This document shows positions 24,929-41,200 of a stretch of 64,000 nt of DNA, in pieces (position 1 is the stretch's first letter; each line of letters opens with the position of its first letter). The stretch is from the NCBI RefSeq assembly GCF_009914755.1, contig NC_060930.1. One strand, written 5' to 3'. The position numbers and the translations under genes are program-made. This DNA is from the human T2T-CHM13v2.0 reference genome, Homo sapiens. Under the pieces are notes generated by a model that worked only from the letters and a program-made list of their open reading frames with translations, was not told where the DNA came from and did no database searches.

Positions 24929-25847
24929 GCCAGCAGTGGCGCCTGGCTGCCCCAACAGCCCGCGGTGCTGCAGCGGCAGACCTCCACGAAGAGGTCCCGG
25001 GCTCCCGCGGGGGCGCAGGCGAGCGGAAAAGTGGGAGAAGAGTCAAGAGGTGGTTGGGAAGCCCGGCGGCGACAAAATGAGTAAAGAGGGAGGGAGCAGG
25101 AAGCCAAAGCTTGATTATACATTCTATTTGGAACTCTCTGAACACATTCAGTCTGATGTCTTACATATTTGTTTAATTCGGAAAAATCCTTGGTATTATT
25201 TTTTCAAGAAGTTCTTCTACTCCATTTACTCCTTTTTCTCCTTTGAGGACTTCTTTGAGGAGATATTGACATTTGTTTCTATCCTCCATACCTCTTAATG
25301 TTTCCCTTACACTTTCTATCACTTTATTCCTTCCTAATGCCTTTAGGAAGTGCTCCTTGACTCTTTCCCTTACCTACTCATTCTTCTGCTAGTCATTGCA
25401 TTCAGAGTTTTCTTTCAGCAATGATCATTTTCTTAATCAATATTTCTAATTTTTTCTTCTTCATTATTGCTTGCTTCTGTTTTATGCTTCTAATATTGTT
25501 CCTTATTGCTCTGAGAATATCTGCTATGCTTATTGAAATCATTGTTTTCCCACTGGTTCTGCTTTCTCTGTAATAGATTATTCAATTTATTTCTTTATAA
25601 GAAATTTGTTCTATTTGTTATCTTTTTATAGCATTTGGTAATTTTTCTTGTATTCTCATCTTTTATTCCCTTCCCACCCCTTTTTTTTGAGGATCAGTTA
25701 ATTACTGCAGATTTCACTGCCTAAGGAAGCCCCAGAGGTAAATAGAGTTGATGAGTTTGCCATAAACCATCCAAATATAGAGATACTATATCACAAAGAT
25801 AGCCATTCACATCAGTGAGTTTATTTAACAATGAAAACAGCATATGT

Positions 25848-26216
<369 letters not shown>

Positions 26217-27650
26217 CTATAATCTAAAATAAATTTTAAATAGATCAAAGAATTAAGTGTTAAATGAGAAAATTTTAAAGAACTAAAAGAAATAACTCTA
26301 TAAGGATTCAATTCTAGTAAGGACAGGCATAAGTAACCAATATAAGTGAGACAGAAATCATAGAGGGAAAAGGCTGAGAGATTTTCCAAAATTAAAATTT
26401 TAAAACTAATCTGTGTCCAAAGTAAGTCATCAAGAAAACGAACAAGAAAAGAACAAACTCAAAAGAGTTTTTTGGAATTAAACTAGAAATCAGTAGCAGA
26501 ATAACAAAAGGATATTTGGAAACAAAAAACTACAATAACCAAAATTAAAACCTCACTAGATGGACACCATAGGATAGTAGAAATGAGAGGATATAATTAG
26601 TGAACTAGAAGACAGAACAATAAATTTACCCAGACTGAACAGAGAGAAAACAGACTGAAAATAAATGAACAAAACCTCAGCTATCTGTGGGACATTACTA
26701 GAAGAGCTAACTTTTGCATCACCAGTGTCCCAGAAGCAAAGGAGAAAAAGTGTGGGACTAAAAAATTATTCAAAGAAATGTCTAAGCTCCTCAAATTTGG
26801 TCAAAGACATAAAGTTACTGATCCAAGAAAGATTTTGGGGATGATGGCACCCTTCTCTCTTGATTATGGCATTGGATACAAGTCTCCGGAACTCTCAGAA
26901 CTGTTTATTAAAAAGGGTGAATAGTACTGTATGTAAATTAGACCTTAATTTTCTAATGGGAAAAATAAATGTAAAGACAAAATACACTGCTGTATTAAAT
27001 CAAATGATGGATGTAAAAGTCTAATGTATACATATTTTTAATGACTTTGACCAATGCTTCCAAATTTCTCTTAAAAAAGTTTGAATCCAGTACATACTTC
27101 CTCGATCAGTGAGTGAGTGTTTGATTCCTTCTACCCTCATCAGCACAGTGATCCCAAGGGTCACAGTTTTAATGATCCCTGGCACAGTGCTGGGCACACT
27201 GTATCGGTTTCATAGAATCATGGATTGCAAGCACACGAAGCCCCCGAAGCAACTTACTGTTCTAATGGGGGAAGGGATGAACGAACATACTGTGTGTGCT
27301 GGGGAGGGGAGATGGCCCCTGAACTCAGGGAGCTCAGGAAGTTCTAAGGACTGGGTGGGAAACATTGAAAAAGGAAGGGTGAATAAGGAAAACAAAACAC
27401 ATCTGTGAGCTGAGAGGTCTCAAGTGACAATCGTGTCTCATTCCTATGCCCCCAGTGCCTACCTAGCCCCATGCATAGCAATGAGGTTGTGGGAATGAAC
27501 AAATGAATGAATGAATGAGTGAGTGAATGAGTTGAGAGACTATAAAAGCTTAGGGTCAGCAGAGATAGACTTCTTTGCTTGGAGCTTGGGGGTTCAAGGT
27601 CAGTTTAAGATTGTGGCCATGCAAGCCTGAGGACTTTTTGCTCTGAGACC

Positions 27651-28071
27651 TGTTAAAATTAATGAAAATGGAGACCAGGCCTGAAGAGTCCCTGAGCAGA
27701 CAAAACCAGTTAGGCCTCATAAGTAACCTCAACTTTGCTTGATTTGCAAACATCAGTGAAACTTCACTTGAGCTATTTCTTGTAAATGTGTGTATTAAGG
27801 AAGAACAGAACTTAAGCTCAACCAATCAGAAGCCAACAAACTTATGTAGGTAACTAGGGTCTTTCCAACAGGATAGGCCAAATAAGGGAACTTTATAACT
27901 GTAACTAATTAAATATTTTCTTCAGTTTACTTGTCCTGTAGGAGTCTTCCCCTTGCATTCCCCCAGTGGAGCTCCTCAACCTCTTCTGTTTGGAGCTGCC
28001 TGATTCATGAATTGTTGTTTGCTCAAATAATCTGTTTAAAATTTTATTGTACCTCAGTTTACTTTTTGACA
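27651..28071 (+). mobile_element. ERV1-class solo LTR
   Basis: TG...CA termini, 4-bp near-TSD GACC/GTCC, CCAAT box; subfamily not assigned. Confidence 0.6.
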
Positions 28072-28553
28072 GTCCCATCTAAGGAGTAGAAACATGGCAC
28101 TGGTGAGTAGGGGGAGCATACATAACCACGGGCATCCAGCTGGGTCCCCACACACTGAAGGAGGAGATGACACAGATACTGGACATCAGAAATCAATGCT
28201 TCTGATTCTAGGCCTTGGGGTAAGTGAAGGATGTGGTCTTGGGCCAAGTGCTGGGTCATTTCCACTGGAGATGGAAGCAGCACAGGCGAGACAGGGTTGA
28301 GCAGGGGGAAGTTGAAGGGGCTTGCCTGAATGCTGACGGAGGCTGGAGGCAGGGGAGGAAGGGGCTCTTGAGATGAGGTGGGTGAGGGAAAGCACTGTGG
28401 TGGCTTTAGGAAGCCTGCACGAGGAGCTAGGAGTCTAGAGGGAGCTGGTGATGAGTAGAGACAACAGGAGGAGAGGCAGGGAGAGGGACAGAGGAGACAC
28501 ATGGATAGGGAAAAGGAGAGGCGGCTGGAGGGTGTGTGAGACTGTGTGCATGG

Positions 28554-28625
28554 GCGTGTGTGTGTGTGTGTGTGTGTGTATGAGAGAGAAAGCAAGACTA
28601 TGTGTGTGAGTGTGAGTGTATGTGC
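28554..28625. repeat. (TG)n microsatellite
   Basis: Directly visible. Confidence 0.9.
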
Positions 28626-28859
28626 ACTCACACCCATGTGTGAGAGTACAGGAACCCCTCCCACAACCCAAACTTTATGGGAAACCAAACAGATTTCAAG
28701 TAAGCCTGTAAGAGGTTATTTACAAGAGGGAACACAAGTGACTGTTCTGAGCAGATAGAAGCCTGGGAGAGAAAGAGAGGCAGGAACAGAAAGAATCCAT
28801 CTGCAATAAATGAATGAATTAGAGTTTATAAGAATTTCTTTGTGAATGTGTGTATGTAA

Positions 28860-32372
<3,513 letters not shown>

Positions 32373-32862
32373 AAGAAACTGGAGTTCAAGATTCCCACCG
32401 ATTCCCACCTCATTCTGAGAGCCCGCACCCCTGGGACTCTGAGCCCAGAAGATTCCAGGAAAGTCTATACCTGACGTTCCAGAAGCCTCACCTTCCTGGA
32501 TCCTAGGGATCAGTTTCTGGGGCGGGTTGGGGATGACGGGAAGCCCTCTGACTGTGAGCCCTCCCTGGGCTGGGGGTCCAGACTGGGTAGAGCAGCCACA
32601 CCTGCCTGAATTTCCGAGGAAAGGGGCAGAAACAGCTGCCAGTGCTGCTCTCGCGATAGGCTTGATGAACCCCTGCAGTCGGTTGGGGATGGTGGGTCCC
32701 ATACTGCCTAACTTCCCTAATTGGGTAGCTTCACTTTTAGAACCCCAGGTCCTTCCCTGGCAGGCCCAGGTGGCACGTCCTGTGTGGGGTGGGCCCTCAC
32801 CCTGGATCCCCCGGGTGCCCTGGCCCCTTGCTGGGCCTGTGACTGCCCAGCTGGATGGAGCC

Positions 32863-32917
32863 ATGGCTGCTGCGTTCCTGCTGCTGCTGCTGCTGTGGCC
32901 ACAGGGCCGCATCTCAG
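32863..32917 (+). pseudogene. TREML5P: TREML5P leader exon (TREML2-like); splice donor mutated GT>GG
   Basis: MAAAFLLLLLLWPQGRIS(G) vs recalled TREML2 MAPAFLLLLLLWPQGCVSG; followed by GGAGGG rather than GTGAG. Confidence 0.85.
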
Positions 32918-34628
32918 GGAGGGGAGAAGGGGCTGCCTTGTGGAGGAGGGAGTGGGTACACAAGCAGGAGCTCTAGATCTTTATCAAAAACCACCCTTCT
33001 TGCTTTTCTGGCCCAATTGTCTTGTTTAGTTTTTTGTGGGTTCAGTGAGGAAGAGGTTGGGGCTGACTTCGTAGCTCTTTACCAGAGACCACTGGGCATG
33101 GTGGGGGTTGGCAAAACTCACTCCCTACTGCCTGTGAAAGGGGTGGGAGGTGTAGGCACACATGAACACAGTGCCCTGGAGACCCATCCCAAAGTCACCC
33201 AACTCTGCACCTCCCAGGGTCAGAGAGGTTCCTCCCTCTGCCACAGCAAAAAAGGGTCTCTCCTGTGCTAAGAAATTCTGGGCTCATCCACCATGCAATG
33301 GAGTTGGATCATTCTGCTTAGTTTACAAAGAACAGAGTGATGCTCAGAGAGGGTGCTGCCTCACGCAGAGCCTCAGCTCTAGTGGCTGCTGGCAACTGGA
33401 CAGATGTCCTGGGTTCTGGGCCCTTGACTATCACAGCTCTGGGTTCCACTGGAGGATCTGGGAGCCCCCAGCGTGTGGGAAAATACAGCATGCATTGAGC
33501 ACGCACTGTGTGAAAAGCACTGACCTGGGGCAGAATTCTCACAGCAACCTGTGAGGGATGTGGTGCTATTCTCACTTGACTGATGCAAAGACAGAGATTT
33601 TAGGTGCCCCGATCACACCGTTAAGTGGTAGAAACAAGGTTTTGACCCGTGTTTATTTTGATCCAAAATGTGTGCTCTCTATTCTGTACTATGGGGGAGA
33701 GTCTTTTTATGTGTGGTTTTGTGGGAGACTCTGGGGTGAAATTATCAGAAGAGTCAGCTGAGCTTAGGGCAGGCAGAGGGGTGGAGGGAGCCCACGGCAG
33801 CTTTCTCCCTCTCTCTGTCCCCTGAGTCACCTTGCACACCCCAGTTCTGCTCTCTCTCTACCAGACTGTGGATTATGAAGGCTTGGACCACATCTTACTC
33901 CTCAGCATAGAGAGAAAGATATTGCAGGTGGAAAGTGAATAATTGTAGAATCCTGTGGTTCATACTCCATTGGGAGTTTGTTTACATGTACATTTGGACA
34001 GGCTTGATCTATGGGTTTTATGTAACTAGAATACTTTAAAACTAAACACCAGCTAGAATGAACTAAGGTAGGTTATTATTTAAAGAGGACTACAGTGAAC
34101 CTATTTGTGAAATAAATAACTATTAATCATTTTTTCAAACACTGGATTTTCTTATCTACCTAATTAGTTGGGCACTGAAATTTCAGAACTTAATGACCTG
34201 TGTTTGTGTCTCTGCATCTTTCTCACTGGGTTTTTCCCACAAGAATGTCACTCTCCCATCAGACTAGAAAATACCATGAGGAAAGGGGCTGTGTCTGATG
34301 GAGCTCCAAGTGTAAGTGCTGCATTTCCTCCATTAGACTGGGGGCTCACTGTGGGATATACCTGCCTCCTCCATCAGACTGAAAGCTCCCTGAGAGGGGG
34401 ACCTCTGTCTGCCCCCTAATACTGGGAGCTAGCTGTTTTCAGGGCCCATTTACCTCCCTTCAGACTGGGGCAAGCTCCCTGAGGGTGGGGCTGTATTTCC
34501 CCCTCAATCTGTGGGTTCCATGACAGCAGGACAATATCCACCCCGCCCTTCACCATGATCTTCACCTTTCATGATGTCTTCTTCCTCTCCTCTTGCCAGA
34601 CCTTATTCAACAAGTCTTGTCTCCACAG

Positions 34629-34949
34629 GCCCCTCTGCTGGGAGCGCATACACAAAAGTGAGGCTCCTTGAAAGGGGGACTCTGTCTGTGCAGTGCTTCT
34701 GTAAGGGCTACAAAAACCGCATGGAGGGCAAGGTTTGGTGCAAAATCAGGAAGAAGAAGTGTGAGCCTGGTTTCACCCAAGTCTGGGTGAAAGGGCCCCG
34801 CTACTTGCTGCAGGACGATGCCCAGGCCAAGGTGGTCAACATCACCATGGTGGCCCTCAAGCTCCAGGACTCAGGCCGATACTGGTGCATGCGCAACACC
34901 TCTGGGATCCTGTACCCCTTGATGGGCTTCCAGCTGGATGTGTCTCCAG
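34629..34949 (+). pseudogene. TREML5P: TREML5P IgV exon (TREML2 duplicate), open frame, intact splice sites
   Basis: (G)PSAGSAYTKVRLLERGTLSVQCFCKGYKNRMEGKVWCKIRKKKCEPG...DSGRYWCMRNTSGILYPLMGFQLDVSP; ccacag|...|gtgag. Confidence 0.9.
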
Positions 34950-35603
34950 GTGAGCGGGCTGCAGGGGCACTGGGACGGGTGGAGGGAGTCCTCCCTGCCC
35001 CACACTCCACTAACATCAGAGATAATAAGGATAATAATCCATCAATGGTCATGTTGCACTGTAGTGTTTTCAAAGTGCCTTTATGGCACTATTCGTGGCA
35101 CTATTGTCACCATTTTACAGATGAAGATAATGAGACCTGAAAACCCAGTGTGACTCTGAGCTTGTCCGGGGTCCCAGAGCTAGCAGGTGGCTGAGATAAA
35201 GTTCAAACTTGGCACTGTCTGTGCTGTGTTTTATTCACTCATTGCTTCAACATAATTCACTGAGCCCGTATTATGTGGCAGGCACTATTCTAGGCTCTAA
35301 GGAGACAGTAGTGAGCAAAAACAGACACAATCTTGCTCTATAATAATTGCAAATAACAAATTTTTGTAAGAAAAAACAACACTTGTAAACAGGAAAGTTA
35401 ACTCAGTAATGCGGGAGCTGTGGAAATACTGAGGATCAGAAAACACCTCCCTGAGCAGATGACACCAAGCAGACCCCTGAATGGTGAGCATTCTCCAGCT
35501 CTGTTGAAATCTGGGTGCTTTGAAGGGCACTTTGTGGCAAGGGCTGCATGTGCAAAGGTCCTGAGGTCAGAAGGTGCTTGGCTTGTACAAGAAAGACTTA
35601 TTT

Positions 35604-35921
<318 letters not shown>

Positions 35922-36150
35922 TTAGTAACTCCATATTGAGTGCAGGACAGTGATTGATGAGGCTGGGAGTCAAGCAGCCCTGAAGCCTATGAGATGAAGT
36001 TTGGGTGATTCTAAGTACAAGAGGAAGCTACTGGAGAGCTAAGAGAGGTGTGTCACAGCTTATTTTTAAGTATGTAGTGGCCACTTGTCGAGGATGGTCT
36101 AGGGAGGGTATGAGCATGGGCATGGAGGCCATTGTGAGCACAGTGGACAG

Positions 36151-36453
36151 AGTTGCTTCCCAGCCTGGAGGGCGAGGCAACCTCTGTAAAACACCAGTAC
36201 TAGCCCTCCCAACATTTACAGGTGGAAAGCTGGTGCGGGAAAATATCAGCCAATACATGTGCCATAGTAGGGGACAGTCCCAGGACAGCGGCCTGGGACC
36301 CTCGATACTTCATCCAAGATGATCGCTTCTATGGCGTCTTCACCGTCACCATGACTGAGCTCAGAGTAGAGGCCTTGGGATTCCATGGGTGTGGAATCTC
36401 TAAATCCCCTGAGATCTCTATTGTCAGAATCATCTGCCTGGTGGTATCTCAAG
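36151..36453 (+). pseudogene. Degenerate IgV exon of NKp44/TREML4/mouse Trem4-type
   Basis: ELLPSLEGEATSVKHQY*PSQHLQVESWCGKISANTCAIVGDSPRTAAWDPRYFIQDDRFYGVFTVTMTELRVEALGFHGCGISKSPEISIVRIICLVVSQ(G)|gtgagt. Confidence 0.8.
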
Positions 36454-37996
36454 GTGAGTTCTGTCCCTTCGTATTTGTGGGTCTCAGACTTCCTGAATCA
36501 CAAGGTGTTAGAGCTGGAGAGGATCCTAGAAATCTTCTCCTTCCACCTTCTCATCACTGAAAACTGGGGACATGGAGAAGAAAAGCCCCTGGCCTAAGGT
36601 CACCTGCTGCTGAAGGGCAGAGCCAGCCCCAGAATGCAGGCCTGCTGGCTTTTGGTTCTTCCTTCCACATCGTACGTATCGCCCTTAACATTTTTGCTGC
36701 TACTAACAGGACTCCTCCATTTATTTGGAATGAGTTTAAAGTTTCCCCATGCTTGAGCACAAAGGGCTTAATGGTCCATTCCAGACATCCCTACCCTTGA
36801 CTCTAACTGCCAGCATCTTCTCAAAGGGCTGTAGTCAAGAAAGATCACTGAGTAATGGGGTGGGGGGATAAATGTGACATAGGAGATAGCCAAACAATGA
36901 GGCTGACATGAGACTTAGGGGGTGAGGCTGGGAGGTGTAGTAGCCAGGGGCTCAGGGGACCTGGATCCTCTCCCTGGACCTGCCCTTATCAGTTGAGAGT
37001 CATTAAGCTTCAAAATGAGAAGCTAGGGGTCACCACTAATCCTAAGGCCCCTGGGCATTCCCCCTGAAATTAGAGTTGCCAAGCTCTCCTGCCTTTTTCT
37101 GTGATGGTTAGAAACAGTGGTGCTTTTTCCCTGCTGCTGAGTGTGCCCAGCCACTTGGTCAAATGGGCATCTGGAGGACCCCAATAAACTTCTCTTTCTT
37201 CACTGCCCAAGCTTTGGCTCACTGCCCATTCCCTGGAGGGCACAGGGCTAAGCTAGGCCCTGGATGGGGACTCAAAAGCCTTGAGATCCCATCCGGAGCT
37301 GGAGGAGCCCACAGTTGGGCCAGAGAAACAGCATGTGATGAAGGGTTATGACGTAAGGTGGTAGGTGGCATTAGAGAAATATGGTGGACGGAAGAATAAT
37401 GAAAGACAGAAAGGAGGGAGAAGGTTTAAATTCCTAGCACCAGGGGAATTCTAAGCTTGAGGAAAACAAGGTGCATATGGAATACATTAATAAAAGATAA
37501 CTTATAAGGCAATATGCCACAGGCATAGGTGAATGCAAGGTAGAATGAATGATATAAAGTAAAATAATCAAGGATTTATTCTTGAAGTTGGGGACATATG
37601 GATTGGTGAAGAATAGCAGGCAAGTGCAGTTCCAATAAAGTGAATAGCCTGAATATTTCTTTTTTCTTCCTTCTTTCTGCCTTTCCTCCCTCCCTCCTTT
37701 CCTCCTTTCCTTCTTCCTGACTCTAACCTAGGCTGATCACACAGTATTCTTAGGTTATAGCAAAAGAAAACCCTGCTTCTTGGCCATGTCCATTTCCTTC
37801 CTTAGCTCCATTTACCCTAACACCTACCCATTCACCCACTCATCCATCTTTTCATCTACTTATTCTTCCTACATCCTGTCCATTCCTCCACTCATCCATC
37901 TATTTATCCACCTACCCATCCACTCACTTCCAAATAGTTTATCCGTTAAATCACCCACTTATCCATCCATCCATTCATCCAATGTTCTTTTCACAG

Positions 37997-38200
37997 GTCT
38001 CTTAGGTACCCCTGCCTCCAATGTTAATCCTACCCAGAACATGCCTCAGATTCCCACAGTTCTTCCTACCACCACTAAGGCCCTGAGCCCACTGTATGCC
38101 AGCCCAAGAACCATGACCCAGCCTTCACCCAAGTCAACTGCTGATGTCTCCACTCCTGGCCCACAGTCAACAATAAAAATGTGACAAATGTCATCAACTA
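37997..38200 (+). pseudogene. TREM1 exon-3 (stalk) paralog, frameshifted at its 3' end, donor lost
   Basis: ttcacag|(G)LLGTPASNVNPTQNMPQIPTVLPTTTKALSPLYASPRTMTQPSPKSTADVSTPG vs recalled TREM1 GFSGTPGSNENSTQNVYKIPPTTTKALCPLYTSPRTVTQAPPKSTADVSTPD. Confidence 0.85.
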
Positions 38201-41200
38201 TGATTTCCCAGCCTCTGAGCCCCGGGTTTGGACATCAAGCTCTTTGTTCCCCAGTTCGTGTGCTGAGAGGATGTGGGAGTGAGGGAAAGGGGAAGGTGGG
38301 GCAGGAGCAGACTTGAGTCACATTAGTCTGGGTAGAAATGTCCAGGGGAAGAAGGAGGTGGTGATGGAGAATAGGGGAGGCTCTCAGCCAGGCTGTCATT
38401 CTCCCTAGTTCACCTTCCTTGTTTTCTTGCAACCTGAGTATTAAGGAGAGGGAAATGGCATCCTCCCCAAATTCCAATGGAGCTCATCCAACCCCAGGGG
38501 CCTGATGAGTAGTGGGAACGCACTCTGAATGAGGGACCCTGGATCTAGTATCTACCTGACTAACTGACTGTGACTTTGGGTGAGTCAGGAACCCTCTCTG
38601 GCTTTAGCTTCCTTGTCAATTCAGTAGGCATGCTAGAAACCCAGAGCTGGAAGACATTGTTCACCCAACAGCTCTCAGCAGGAGCCACATGTTAGGGCTA
38701 AATGCAATATTGGTTTTTGCCTTGTTTGGTTAGTTTTAAAAAAAAAAATACTGATGTGTGTGTGTTCTCATACACAGACCAATAGAATCAGAATTTCTGG
38801 AAATGAAGCCCATCTCAGTATTTTTTTATAAATACTTCAGAAAGAAACTCAGAGAGGAAAGGACAAACAGGCTGAGGAATGAGAAAGAATAAAACTCTTT
38901 CTTTTGAAATAAAAAAAAAATTTATGCGATTTTTTTCCCTTTAAGAGGAAAATCTGCTTTAATTAAATGGAAACAATGATCCAAGCTACTTAAGTATAAA
39001 AGCACATTGTACTATAAAATGTTTAATCTGTATTAATAAGAAGCTAAATTTATAACAAGGAGCTGAATGCTTTTTAGTTGACTATGTTGAGGCAAAAGTC
39101 TATAAAACAGCATTTCCTACAATGGTGGAATGTTCTCTCTCCCTGTCCAACATGGGTAGCCACTAGCCATGCGTGGTAATTGAGCATCTGACCTGAGACA
39201 AATGAGAGTGAAGGACTGAATTTCTATTTATCATTTAATTTTTGTTAATTTAAATGTAAATAGCCACCTTGACAAAATTTTGGGAGTGTTTTAAGGCAAG
39301 ATTAGGACTTATTGAGAAGTTTGATTTAAGGTAGGTCTTTCAAAGCAGGGGCTGGGCTATGATTAAGTAAGGATCACGATCAAACAGTCCTGGATTGGTA
39401 GAAACAATAGGATGAGGATTTTGAAGTGGGGGATTCAAAGAATCTTATGTTGCCAACTACCTCTTAGGGCTTTCCATGAAAGAGTTGATGAATCTTTCAG
39501 GAATTTCCTATAATGAACAAGCAAACCATTTTCCCAGACAAGAAAACTCCTGGTAAAGTAGTATTCACAAAGACAGAGGAATAGCAAAGTCATGTTAATG
39601 TAGACAGCAAGGTGTGATTTCAGTTCTCAGTGTCAAGACTGAATGTGGGTATGGATGGTTTCTATTCCCAATAAAAAAATTATTTTTCTAACAAAATATA
39701 CTGTGGACAAAAGCAACATAGGGGAACAGCTCCATGATATTGTCTTGACAACCTTGCATATGCCACATAGGTCACACTGGCAGACACATGAACTACAGCT
39801 AATTTGAAGCATGGCAGAATGCCTGCAACCCTCCTAGAACATAAAAGGATGGAGGCTTGTGAGAACCATGGCCCAGTAACTTCTCTGTCTCCCCTGAAAG
39901 ACAGTTCCTCATGCCCTCCTGAGTTCTGATGAGGCCAGAGGCTCTGTCCCAGACCTCAGAATAGGGCTGCAGGTTATGAAACCACTTATCTGCCTCTAGA
40001 GTAGATTCCTCAGCAGTGGAATGTCCCACAACTCATATTGCAGTTGTCTGGCCCCTTTTGTTTTGGGGTGTGGGACAAGAGCCATGAGGAGCTGGCACCT
40101 TTGCCTAATCTTTCCCTTGTTGTCTGTGTAAATAATAAATTGACTGAAAGTAAAAGTGGCTCATTGCTGACATTGTGCCACTGCACTCCAGCCTGGCAAC
40201 AGAGCAAGACTCCTTGAAAAAAAAAAAAAGCGGCTAATTGCATTATTAGCAGTCAAATCAGTCAGGACTTGGCTTTGGCGCAGCCTTGTCTCACATGAGC
40301 TTAACAAGTGACAAATGACAGACTGAGACAAGATATTTGCAATTTCTAACATAGAATAATATCTAGTTTTTTTTCCAAGATGGCTGCCTGGAAGCATTTT
40401 AATCACACCTCATCCACTTAGAAGAACCAAATAGTGTGTAGACAATCACACTTTGAATACATTATCCAAGAGGGAACTTGAGAGTTCAATAGAAAAGCAA
40501 AAGAAAAGTCCAAAATCAAGGAAATAGAAAGAAAACAGGAAGCTTGTGTAGTTGGGACCAGCTGGGAACCAGAACAGACCCTCCCAAATGGGAGAGAGTG
40601 AGTGAGAGTCTTTCTGTGATCCACTTTCCCACTGGGGAATCATACAATCCAGGACATGGGAGTGCAACTTGACTCTCCAATCCCTGAATCTAACTTACAG
40701 AGCAGCTGGGAGACTGTGAGAAGAAACTTCCCCATGGAGGTAGCATGCCCTGGGTTTCACACCCTTCCTGAGACCTAAGAAACTGCCATTCTTGATCCTT
40801 GCTCTTAAAAAATTGTGTGTGGTCCTAGGAACCAGTGATGGCAGTCTTAGGCATTAAGGAAACTCAGGCTGCAACTTGCAGAACCAGGGCTTCAGTGAGG
40901 AATAGGTTCCCACAACCAGGACTAAGAAGTAAGCATAGTGTGGACTTCAGCTTCAATGCTGGAACAGGGTACACCTCCTCCCCAAAACCTGAGCAGGATG
41001 AGATTTGCCTCAGTGACTTGGTTGAGCTGGGCAGGGGTTCCTATAGCCCAGGGCTAAGTTACAGGCCAGGTGCAAACTGCCTGGCCTGACTGAACACTGG
41101 GTTTACTATGACAGCCAGGATATGGGAGGGAGCCCCACCACGACGGGGGCATAAGAGGAATGCAAATCCTCAACCAGTTGCCAAATCTGTGGCTACTGGG

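Noticed and set aside
24929-24943. CTCF-like motif GCCAGCAGTGGCGCC beside the 5S pseudogene
   Set aside because: One base short of the core spacing; not supportable without ChIP or PWM scoring
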